A stretch of DNA of 60,255 nucleotides, the filler included, from Nemertoderma westbladi (taxonomy: Eukaryota; Animalia; Xenacoelomorpha): the NCBI GenBank assembly GCA_032718475.1. It is 3 parts of 3 records of this genome, joined end to end, with 100 filler letters (N's around TTAATTAATTAA, not from the genome) between each part and the next. Parts side by side here need not be neighbours in the genome. Positions count along the whole stretch, not along the records: positions 38,891 to 60,255 come from JAUCBJ010006469.1; 2 more parts are not named here. One strand, written 5' to 3'. The translations under genes were made by a program, and so were the position numbers. Under the pieces are notes generated by a model. The model saw only the letters and a list, made by a program, of their open reading frames with translations, searched no databases and was not told the DNA's origin. This document shows positions 48,716 through 60,255 of the stretch, one piece after another. The first letter of the stretch is position 1. Each line of letters begins with the position of its first letter.

Positions 48716-49986
48716 AGATAAATATGTTAGTGATATTTAATATACTTTCTGTTTAATGCTCTATGATTTATAGTTATTTAGTGAATTCTAAATAATATAA
48801 CTTTCTGACAAATAGTAATTTATAAATAAACATATATCACTGATAAAAGACCCAATTAAATGTTGAAGTATATTTTACTTATTTATAATATCAAGTCATT
48901 TTTTATGAATATAAGATACTGATAAATATAATAAAATTATGGTCACTTTTGAATAAATATAACAATAACCTGAATAAATAATAACTAGACAAGTGTAGCT
49001 AAATATACGTTATAGATAAATATGTTAGTGATAATTAATATTCTTTATCTTACTGCTACTACGATCGGCATTCTGCATTGCAGCTGCATTATATATATAT
49101 TATATATATATTTTAAGAATGCTGTGTCGACGTGTCGACAAATTTGCGCCGCCACAACTCCACAACTCCTTATTACCCATGACATTTGCTAGGTCATCAG
49201 CATCTTCAAGGCCAGTGTCCTTTAAGATGCGTCTCAAGAAAGTCATGGGCTCTCAACCATGCTTATTCACTCCATGAGGCTGCCAAAGTACAAGATTATG
49301 CACTGGCTGGTCCTCATGACGAAAACAATGCCCTGCAAAGCGGAGGCAGTTCCTTTCAAGTGTCAAGCTAAATGGAGACTATTGGAACACCTCCAATGTT
49401 GTATAGAGTCTGAATAAAGATGTGTTCATTGTATTGGACACAACTTCGCAGCATTCTTGTGAAAGTGCCATCCAGAGATTTGGTATCCTCTGCAGTTAGA
49501 GCCCATCATGGACTACTATAGAAGAGTACTGGTACTACTACAGTCATCATAAGTAATTTAACGTTAAGGTTCCGTTTTATTCTATGGGACTTCCAAATCC
49601 TGGACAGTCTATTTAACACTGCCCATGCTTCCCCTTATGGTCCTCACCTAACTTTCGGATCCATGATCCCAAGTAGCAGAAGTCATCCACGTGCTCAAGC
49701 AAGCCGTCCGTAGAACTTATGCCCTTACTATCAGAAATGTCTTGAGGGCTGTCTAGGTTCACTGTCATGATTTTGGTCTTATTGGAGTTTACAAAAAGAC
49801 CAACAGTAGAAGCATCCTGTTCCAATGAGCAGAGGAGCATTTGGGCTCTCTTTAATGATTCTGAGAGTACTCCTAAGTCATCATCAATGTCTAGATCAGT
49901 TAGGTACTTGACAGGATTTCCTCGACTTCTAGTGGTAGGGGGGGTGTTACCATCACCCCATCTTTATTAAGATGGTCTAAGGACAT

Positions 49987-51648
49987 GCGTAGAACACGTT
50001 CGTGGGGCCTTCACGCAGCACGAGGCTCAGTTATCCGATACAAATTAAAATTGAGCAATTCTATCCCAACACCGGCATTTAAGAGATATAACTAAATAAA
50101 ATAAGAAATTTAACCAAAACGCTAATAAGAATAAATCAAAGAAGAGAGGATAGTTCCCCCCTCGCTTCAACCGCCCTCTTAATCTGCACCACCCCAACCC
50201 AAAGGAGCACAGAGGATTAATGAAAGGCAGAGGGATTAACATGACATTTGTGTTTTAAAATTAATATATTTTTAGGTGTGGAGGCAACCCAATTTGTAAA
50301 AATTATTAAAACTTTCCTTATGCCGATAGTATTCATACTGAAATATTAATTTATCATGTCAACACCTCAACGAAATTATTTAGCTCATTTTCCTAAAGAA
50401 TCACGATTAAATACTCGGCAATCATTTTGTGAGATAAAGCAAGCTGGCTTATTAGTCTGGCACCTTACACTAGTAGTGCCTAAGTCCTATAGATGTAATT
50501 ACCCGTTGCCAAGTAATGATGAGATGATTGGACTGGTTCCCATCTAAATAGGCAATATCAAGTATGCCAAGGAATGAGGGAGCTGGAAGTATAGAGTGAC
50601 GGGATGCATTTTGATAACTTAATTACGTTTAGATCAATTAAAAACACATTTCTTATAGCAAATCTCTTGAACTAATTAAAAACTATAATGGAATGGGGTA
50701 TGGGGATTACAGCTGTATAATTTTAAGGTATAATCATAATATCTTATACTATAAATAATTAATTACCATTAAAAAATTCATGTTGAAAATGCTGTTTTTA
50801 CCCCAACCAACATTAATTAATTAATCATTAATTAACTAACTGAATTTATCTTACCTTTTGGAAGGCCACACGTAAATTCAACTTAAGGGGGGGGGGGGGG
50901 GTTACACCATTTTCGGACAACTCTTCGATTTATCACTGTCAGCGTTTCAAAATTGTTTGGTTTTGGCTAAGATTTAGCATATAGGTGCCTAAGATGCTAT
51001 TCTACATGAAAGGTCAGAAAATTTTTTTTTTCGCTATTTAAAATATTTCTGCACCGCTAGATGGCGCTGCAAATTTATGCTAATTTTTAGGTTTTTTATA
51101 AATAGTATTAAATTTTATTAACAAAAAGTTTCGAAAAGTAGTCCGATGCGTTTATGCAGGGTGGCTATCTAAACACCCACAGGAAGTTTCAGACTAATTA
51201 CTCAAAAATTGTAGAAGTAATAGAGTTTTAAAGTTGACAATTTCATGAAAAAATATTTGGAGATAATCCACCTTTCATTAAACATAGTAATAGTAATTTC
51301 AATAGGATTCCCTAAATGGAAATTTACATAACTTGAAAACTAAAAGAGCTATTAAATAGCGGTTTTCAGATTTGGAAACACCATTCAATGGTGCATTATT
51401 ATAGACCATAAAAAAATTTCGACATATTTTGGACCAAAATGGTGTACCCCCCTTAAAAAATTTCTAAACTTTTGCCTAACTATATGTGTACCAAGTTTGG
51501 ATAGATTTCATTAAGATTTGGCTGAGTTATTAACGTTTTAATTTTGACATAACAAAACAACATAACAACAGAATAACAGAACAACAGATACACCGATTGC
51601 GTTAGTGGTAACCGTATGCTAAGCTCGCTTACTTTCGTGGCTCGCCCC
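49987..51648 (-). mobile_element. Long member of the GTGGGGCGAGCCACG-ended family, inserted in RTE-A RT
   Basis: ACAT at 49983-49986 and 51649-51652; removal restores VDYVLR; ends resemble those of 30362-30858. Confidence 0.7.
50887..51452. mobile_element. Kolobok-like MITE with TTAA TSD
   Basis: TTAA-GGGG..TACACCATTT / AAATGGTGTACCCCCC-TTAA; homologous empty site in reverse at ~38685-38725. Confidence 0.75.
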
Positions 51649-53672
51649 ACATAATCAACCACAATTACGAATAAGAATGGTGTGAATGTGTCACCCTAAA
51701 GGACTCCCCATAAGACTTCAAATGGATGGATCTGTGTCACCATCAGCAGTAGACACAAATGTGGTGGAACCATCGAACAGTGATCTGATGCTGCAATAAT
51801 TTCCTCAGGAATCCCAAATGCTGCCAGTATGCTGAACATACGTGGTCGCGAGACTGAGTCGAAGGCTTTAAAGAAGTCAACGAAGATAATAGCCAGTTGC
51901 CTGTCTTTCTTTGTTGATAACTCTTCGATTATCCTTCTGAATGCCAGAATAGGGGTCCCACGACCATTACGCAACCCATTTTGATTCCCAGGTAACAGTT
52001 TTTCAACAGGATACTTCATGCGATTTAATATAATTATGTTGTATAGCTTTGTAGCAATCGAGATTAGCGAGATTTTGCGAAAAGATTGATGGGTTGTTAG
52101 GTTGACCTTCTTTGGGGCTGGGACCAACTTATTTGTTTTCAGTTCTAAGAGGGACACTCTTTGTCCTATACATGTCCACTGTCCTTGGTCACAATAAAGC
52201 GGTGATCACTGGAGAAGGGTCGAAATGTAAATACACTACGACTACAGTCTTGTGCATATCTCCTGTATTTCCTACGAAACAGAATGTGGTCTATCTGGGC
52301 GCGGGACTTGTGGACACTGGGTCCATCCAGTGTGAGTCCATAGCTTTCCAGTGCGCTTCTTGAACTGAGTTCCAGCCGAAAACAGTCCATTTCCAGAGAT
52401 GAAATCCTAAATAAGGATGGAATTTCGGTTAACACTATCGCTATAGACCCATGGCGATGTAGGATTCATCAATAGACCAATTCCACCATTTCCACTATCA
52501 AGGGCTGATGCGAAGGCAATGACACCAACCGCCCTCCATGTCCTTAATCAGAACCACATCAGTCTGTCCACTTCGCATTTGGTGCTATTGAATACCCACT
52601 GTGTTAAGGGAAAGCTTATTTGCCAAGGTAGTCGTCAGCTTGCATTGGGGACCCGAGTGTTAGGGTATTAACTGAGGGACTAATTGGTCGGGGTGGAACG
52701 TGAGAGTAGCCTTCAACTCCAGAATCCCTCTCCACCTCACAATCTGGCTTCCCTGTTGACACAGGTTTGGGCAAGAAAGGTCAACAGGAACTGAGGCCAA
52801 TTGTGTCTGGTAGTTCCACTGGCCTCTAGTGGCCGGACCTCCGAATTACTAATGTAATCCATAGTGGGGTGTGGTGGTTGACGAGTCAGCTCTCGGGGCA
52901 AATACCGCACCCTGGTTTGCCATTCCACAGGGTGGGTGTCGCAGTGTAGTCAGATATGAGGCCCATCACCCATATCTACTCTGGCGCACATGACCCACCA
53001 TTGGCTGTGCAGCTCATCTGCTGGGTCATGCCCTGTACCCCTGCTGCCAGATGCAGGTTGCAGTGGAGTGCACACAAATTGGAGATGAGTGCGCTCTATT
53101 CCTGACCAGCCATTGGTGGATTACCATCTGCCTGGTCAGGCCATATACCCCTGCAGCAGAGTATATGGGTCCTTAACCCAGGACCAAGGGCGCCCCTAAC
53201 CCAAGGACCAATGGCGTCCCTATCCCAGAACGAAGGGGGTCCTAGTTACAGGACCAGACTATGCCCTTATTAAGAGGGTTTTTGTAGCCTTCTCATTTCA
53301 TTAGAAATTTTATTTAGACTAAAAGGACCTAAAAAGAGAAAGACAAACGGACAGTCAGACCGGCAATATGCCGTCCAAAATTCAATTAGAGATCGGAAAT
53401 GGATTTGGCGACCTTGAAAACTCCCATAACGAAAATTTTAGCGAGTTAGTGTACTTCCTTATTTAGAGACATTAATTTAACAGACAGACTGAAAGAATTT
53501 TTACGGGAAGTTTAATTGCGTTTTTTGTCAATTCATAATTTTGCAGTAAAAACGATTTTGTTGAGCCATTTTTAAGCGAAATTTCAAAAAAAATTTTGTT
53601 TGAAAGTCCCCAAGGAGAGGCAACTTCCCATAAGAGGACCATATTCCATATTCGACTTTTATGGTACCTTAA

Positions 53673-54995
53673 CCTTCCTATGTACACGTGCTAAAAGTGC
53701 CATTTCCACCACCTGGGGTCGTTTTTGACCCCATTCAGTTGAATGTGATTTTTCCCCCAATAGGTCTACAGTTTCTTCATGTCTTTACTTTGTTACACTC
53801 CCCAAAAAAGTGTTCCATGCCAAATTTTATGAAAATTGAACAATGTCTAAGCGGGTCCACACTCACACTGAGCACATGGCCAGTTCCCGCCCTTGGCGCA
53901 GGTGAGTCATATTCCCAATTTTTGTGATGATCAACTTCTTGTTTTCCTACTGCATTGAAATTATGCTGATTAGAACCGCAATGACCGATTTAGTTGTTTG
54001 CAGACACCTTCAAAACAAGCATAGAGCGAATAGTTTTTGAGATATTGCAGAAAATGTGAGTAACTAAGTCAACATTAGCGCCTTGATGCGATATTGACAA
54101 AAATACACTAAAAACGATACTTCTAATTATCTCAAAGCGTCCATAATTTAAACATACCGTAACTGCAATGATCACTTTAGGTGATTTTGACACTCTAAAA
54201 ATATTAGTTGAGTGAATAGTTCTCGAGTTATTGTACAAAATTTCAAGGCTATGTCTACCAATGACTTTATATTGAGTTGACCTAGTCCAGACATTTTGTC
54301 TCATATATTATAACTCGAGAACTAATGATTCAACTCATATTTTTAGAGTGTCAACATCACCTAAATTGATCATTGGAGTTATGTGTAAATTCTGGATGCC
54401 TTGAGATAATTATAAGTATCATTTTTAGTGTATTTGTCCATATCGCATCATGGCGCTAATGTTGACTTTTGCCGGTCTTCACATTTTCTGCATATTTTAA
54501 AAACTATTCCCTCTATGCTTGTTTTGAAGGTTTCTACACCAACTAAATCGGTCATTGCGGTTCTAATGAGCATAATATCAATGCAGTAGGAATACTAGAA
54601 GTTGATCATCACAAAAAAGGGGAAAATGACTCACCTGCACCAAGGACGGGAACTGGCCATGTGCTTAGTGTGAGTGTGGACCCTCTAGACGTTGTTCAAT
54701 TTTCATAAAATTTGGAATGGAACACTTTTTTGGGGAGTGTAACAAAATACAACTATCTAGAACACCAATTTCGAAAAAAGGGGCAAGGGGACGCTAACCT
54801 GTATTCGATTTTATCAGAGTCATTATTGACCCCAGGTGGTCACAGCGAGTGTTGCTCAAAAAGAGGTGTTGATTTTTATATCAAATAGCTAAACAAAACA
54901 AATATTCATGGTATATCATAGAAATACATGTGCTAGGAAGGTACTATCAGTATAAAGTTTGGGGTCGTTTTTGGCCACAGGTGTACATAGGAAGT
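53673..54995. mobile_element. piggyBac-like non-autonomous element with TTAA TSD
   Basis: TTAA-CCTTCCTATGTACAC...GTGTACATAGGAAGT-TTAA; subterminal GGGGTCGTTTTTG motifs. Confidence 0.7.
53788..54747. repeat. About 960-bp imperfect foldback palindrome
   Basis: Arms match in reverse from TTTGTTACACTCCCCAAAAAAGTGTTCCA inward to CTCGAGTTAT/ATAACTCGAG; loop ~54235-54305. Confidence 0.9.
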
Positions 54996-56632
54996 TTAAG
55001 AGCACCTACAACGCAACGCCTAAAAATGGCTTAATGTACATGTGGACATCAACCCAACTTAGATATATAAAAAAGGATATTTAGAGCTACTCAAGGGGAA
55101 TGTAGCAATTTTTTTTTAATATTGAGAATTGTTGGGAGAAATTTCGATTTGAAATGTGCCTCTTTTTCGGTGTTTATTGATGTAGCGCCCCTAGCGGCGT
55201 GATTTCTGGATTTTTTATTTTATTAATAGACAGTTTCTATCCCAATCTCCGATGATCTATGTAGGTTTAGTCTGCCTCCTATAATTTTAAGGCAACATAA
55301 CAAATTATGACATTGGGGAGTACCAAACACCCCCCCCCCCCCTAAATAGTCTTTAGTTTATAAGCCTTTCTGATAAATAGTTATGTAGTCAGATCTAAAT
55401 AAAATAACTTACTGACAAATAATATAGTAATAATAGTAAATAGTAAAAAAAAAAAAAAAAAAAAAAAATACACCCCATCCCCAATAATAGTAAATATAAA
55501 CATATATAACTGATAAATAATATCGAGTTAAATGTTGAAGTATATATGAATTTTTTTGTATCGTTCTATATTAATTATATATAAAATAAAATAATATATA
55601 TTTTTTTTTATTTGATATATATATATCATATATCAAGGCATTTCTTAATGAATGTAAGTTACTGATAAATAATATATACCATTTATACCATTATAGTTAC
55701 TTCTGAATAAATACTGATAAATAATAACCTGCCAAGTGTAGCTAAATATATATTATAGATAAATATGTTAGTGATTCTACTGAATATCCAGTTAATCTAG
55801 TTAATCCTCAATAAATATAAAATTGGAATAACCCTATTACATATGAATATTATTATAAATTTAAATATTCTGAAAAATATATGGCAGATGCAATGAAAAT
55901 AATTCCTTCATCAGGAGATGATCGATGCAAATGACAGCACTGCCGTCCTAAAGTAAATCCATGTAACTCGAATTTTGACGAAATTGAGATATTGGTATCA
56001 TTTTAAAGCTTTCGACGAGTTCTATCTGGTGGTAGAACTTAATAGAGTGCATCTAAACTCTAAAGGGTTTAAAAAGGGGTTAGAATGTAACTGCTTTATA
56101 TGAATTTGTTAAGGCATGCCAAGGCAGAACCATGTAACCCTAATGTGATAATGACACTCCATGTAACTATAAGCGTACACCATGTATCTCATGCGAGTTA
56201 CATTGTTTTGGCTTAGGAACAGCTGTTGAAATTTATATAATTTACATAATGTAATATAATTAAACTGGTTAGAATTTGTAAGGTAAGGAAGTTAGTAAGG
56301 AAGTTGCAATGAACGAAGCCACAAAAACCGCACATATCGAAAATGCGCAAAAAATATAAAACGCATTCCACGCTACTTTTTTTTTATTACAGGAGAGCTA
56401 TGAAATTTTCGTGAAATTTGTTCAAGAAAAGTAAAAAATTATGTCTTTCTTTCACTAATTTTTTAATTTTTCAACAAACAGCTCACACATTAAGAAAATG
56501 AAACTAAATTGTTTTCACCGGGAATGGTTTGGAATTTCGACCCCTACCATACCGGTAGAGACAGGCTGATACGGTGTAGACTTACACTGTCTGTAACGTG
56601 TTAGTAAGTAGTAAGTCTGCATGATTATACTA

Positions 56633-59600
56633 CAGTCCCGCTCTCAAAAAGCATTCCTTTGATCAAACATTGATCAAACTTTGATCAAACATTGATCAAA
56701 GTTTGATCAAAATGTGTCCATAGAATATCATTGAAAGTAGCATTGACATTGAAATGACATTGATGGCATATTGAAATCACCTTGAAATCGATGGACCGAA
56801 ATTCCAGACTTTCTGTCTCATATTGAAATGACATTGAAATGATTTCAAGGTAACAGTTTACATCGCTCTTCTGCGGCATGCCTTTGAACTCAGATTCCCG
56901 CCGAGAACTGGCTTTTGTTAATGGCCAAGCCGCGATGTGATTGACAGGGCGGTGGATGGAGCTTGCTTGACTTTGTGGATGGACAGCGATTGGATTTACA
57001 AGGCGGTGTTGTGGTAGTGTCCCAGACTGAGTTTTGTTCTTGTAGGGCAGGGCCTATTATTACACCAACAACTAGTTCAGAAAAACAGCCTTTGGAATAT
57101 TTTTAATTTATTGTTATATTAGAAATTGTTTCAATGTTCCTTAAATCAGAATCAAGGCCAAAGACCTCCATTGACGTAGCAGCGCGATGGCTGCCGTTGC
57201 ATTGCATTTGCTTATACAGTAATTGTGTAAATTCGACAAGCTTCCTTCCTGCCCCTGTCTCTAATTATACTAATAAATGTAAATAAAGAAATAAATAAAT
57301 CCAAGCGCTAGCGCCAGCGCACCCCCTAAAATACCTTCTAAAAATTTACGTAATTTAATTTTAATACTCTGATAAGGTAATTTTATTGAAAACCTAATTT
57401 GTTTTAAAGTAAACTATGTTATGTACATCATTAGTTACGTGTTTTTTAATTCAATTTAACGTATTGGAATTATAATTTTTTAAATATTAAAAATCAAATT
57501 GGGTTAGTAATACTTATTCAATTATGCTCATTCATTTTTAATTAATGGAGGGTTTTAACCATCCGGCCGACAAACCACACTTTTGCTCACAGGTCGTAGT
57601 AAGACAAGGCATCAATATAACCCCAGTGATCCCATACCCTCTCTTGTTGTGGAATATTACTATATCATTGTACAAGCTGCGGACCTGCCCCCCCCCCCCC
57701 CCCCCCCCCCCCATTATAATGTGTTGTAGCCATCCACCCAACCCATTGCGTAACTCCGAATTAAACTCCACACAGCACAGCCCATACCTGCCATTGCTTT
57801 CATTACGCCACATCGCCAAGTGGAGATTCAATTGTGAATTATTATAATCATTATTAGATTGACAACACAGTGTTGTGGTAGTGTACCAGTACCAGACTGA
57901 GTCTTGTAATAGGCCCCACTAACAACTCCAGGTTACGTTCTGAAATACAGCCTCTGGAATATTATTAAATTATTTTCTTTAGAAATTATTCACTAGAAAG
58001 CCAGTCTGTCAATTTAATCGTCCAGTATCAATTCTTGCGGGCTAATACAATTTATTTTCGGGCTAAGGATGCCCTGCCCACTGGCTAAGAAAGCTTGCGG
58101 GTAAACGATTCCCATTTTGCGGGCTAAGAATTCCCGCGGGCTAAGTCATCACCCAACCGAACATACAGTTGACTGTAACTGCTTTACTCGCATCTCTGTA
58201 ACAACAACCCAAATGCTGTGATTCACAGTATGCGATTTCACCGTGCTGTCACCGCAAGTGTATCTGAGAACAGGCCCATTACTGGTACAGCTACAATTAG
58301 TTTCAAAAAAATTAATGTAAAACATCGAAACGAGCAGGTTAAAGGGGTTGTGTTTTCTAACCAAAACAACAAACGAATGTAGATTTCATTGATTTTCGCT
58401 GGAGAACTTTTTTATTTGCGACCAACTGGCGCCAATATTTGCGAGATAAGGTAGAAATTTTAATTAATATCGAGACAAATACAACGTCTGTTTAATTGTT
58501 TTTGGGCAAACAGAAAAGTCCTCCATGTTGAAATTTTAGTAAGAAAGTTTAGTGTAATAAATTAGTTTAGTACACATTACTACCTGCATAGTTCCTTTGC
58601 GACCAGGCCAGCTCAATGTAGCCATCCACCCAACACATTGCTTAACTCAGAATTAAACTCCACACAGCCCATACCCGCCCTTGCTTTCATTACCACCACA
58701 CCGCCAAGTGGAGATTCAATTGCGGCTGTTATTTTCTGATAATCGCTGTAAATTATTATAACCTAGGTGGTCCGGTTTAAATATCGGCTATAGCGTACAA
58801 ACGGGTAACAGACGTTTCGGTCTAAGACGTTTTGGCCTAGGACGTTTCGGCCCAATGAATGAAATACAAGATTTGCTTGTCGGACGTTTTGGCCCAAAGA
58901 TTCACTTTACTCCCTTAAATAAGCTATTAATTAATAAGTTATTCAATATATTTGTTTTGTAGTTGTTACGTTCGTTACAAGAGGAGTTGTCAGTAGGAAC
59001 TGCTCCGACACCTGTTTGAAAGTCGTCAAGTTCTACATTATATTTATAAATAATAACTAATGTAATATTATTATTATTATTTATTAATATAAATTTACAC
59101 CATACTGTAACTTAGAACAAAGATAACATATGCTGACAAATTAACCTTAGTATTATGATGATGGGGTTTCCCCCCTAAAAAAACATACGTATTTTAAAAT
59201 ATGAGTCAATAAATAAAGTACATTAAAATAAACCGAATTAAAATTATTACTGTATTTTAATGTTGGTCTTAAAAATATAATAGATAAGAAATATTCCATT
59301 ATAGGAGCATTGCTAATAATTATGAGACAGACTGGATGTCATGGAATGAGATAAAATATATGCGTGTTAAATTTAAATTTAGATGAAATATATGGGTATT
59401 AAATTTAAATTTAAATTTAGATGAAATGTATGCGCATTAAAAGGACCAGAGTGGATGTGAAGTGAAATAAAATATGTATTAATAAAAGCATTATACGTCG
59501 TTATCTATCAGTATAAATCAAAATCATCTATCATCGAAGATGAGAGTTATTGTTTCAACAGATCATTAAGACATAGCTGCAATACACTGTCCAGCTACAA

Positions 59601-60176
59601 GAATTATCAATTGAGTAGGCCTAATGTTTAAAGTTAATGAAGTATCTCCAAAATATATCGATCAGACGAGATATAAGCCCTGAGATATAAGCCCTACATG
59701 GTTCGTGAAATTGATTCGCTTTGGTAGTACTGTATATTAGCAATGTGGTACTCGAGACCAATAGATTTGTTCTGACATGCATTTTTTCGGCCGCATAACA
59801 TAATTGATGGCGAATTGTCTATGGAACCAGATCACCACTTCCCTAATGTTTATTTTATTTTGAAATAAAGGTAAATTAAATAGCCATTTCATGAACGATA
59901 TTTCATTAAGTGTTTGTATGTTATTGTGAAATAATTATAATTTTAATGAATAGTTATTATCATATCAAACAAGTTAGCCTTTTCATTCGGTTACAGTCAT
60001 GGGCCGAAACGTCCGGTCAGTGGGAATCTAGACTTTGAAGTGCAGCGCCTTTGGTAGAACTCAATGGCAGGATTTATAAGCCTGGTTCATTTCAATATTT
60101 GATCAAACTTTGATCAATGTTTGATCAAAGTTTGATCAATGTTTGATCAAAGGAATGCTTTTTGAGAGCGGGACTG
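56633..60176. mobile_element. 3.5-kb non-coding TIR element with perfect 79-bp TIRs, flanked by TA
   Basis: 56633-56711 is the exact reverse complement of 60098-60176; each TIR holds five TTGATCAAA units; TA at 56631-56632 and 60177-60178. Confidence 0.88.
58803..60017. mobile_element. Nested element with GACGTTTCGGCCC subterminal repeats
   Basis: Four direct copies at 58810-58895 and an inverted GGGCCGAAACGTCC at 60001-60014. Confidence 0.5.
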
Positions 60177-60255
60177 TATACACCATGTCCCATAATATAG
60201 TGTCGTAATTCAGTGACACACCCCCCACCCCCCCCCCCCCCCCCCCTAATTTTTC

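Larger units (their letters stand above)
49050..53280 (-). mobile_element. Decayed RTE family A copy split by a nested insertion
   Basis: Leader ~52700-53280, EN (AQIDHILF, SSDHRF), RT (FVDFFKAFDS, GDTFTPFLFVIVVDY|VLR, FCYLGS), 3' end at ~49050. Confidence 0.82.

Overview
AT-rich eukaryotic DNA, most likely an invertebrate animal, made almost entirely of nested transposable elements; no intact host gene is evident. Two 100-nt gaps (17976-18075, 38791-38890) carry an artificial TTAATTAATTAA six-frame-stop linker, so the window is three contigs whose adjacency is unproven. Contig 1 holds an IS3EU-like DDE transposon, two nested RTE LINE families, a decayed Copia-order LTR element carrying a Penelope element (with hammerhead ribozyme) and a tRNA-SINE, and a C2H2/acidic-repeat ORF. 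Contig 2 holds a Ty3/Gypsy gag-pol, an endonuclease-only LINE, a hAT relic, a CACTG-ended element carrying a PWWP relic and a second Penelope with a mucin-like repeat inside its RT, and a CR1/L2-group LINE. Contig 3 opens with the best novelty candidate: an intact 844-aa ORF with a DEDDy-like 3'-5' exonuclease plus three CCHC knuckles, just upstream of a PPT and LTR-like terminus. A 68-bp satellite, a SINE, RTE relics and several MITEs follow. Family calls come from motifs read by eye, not from database searches.
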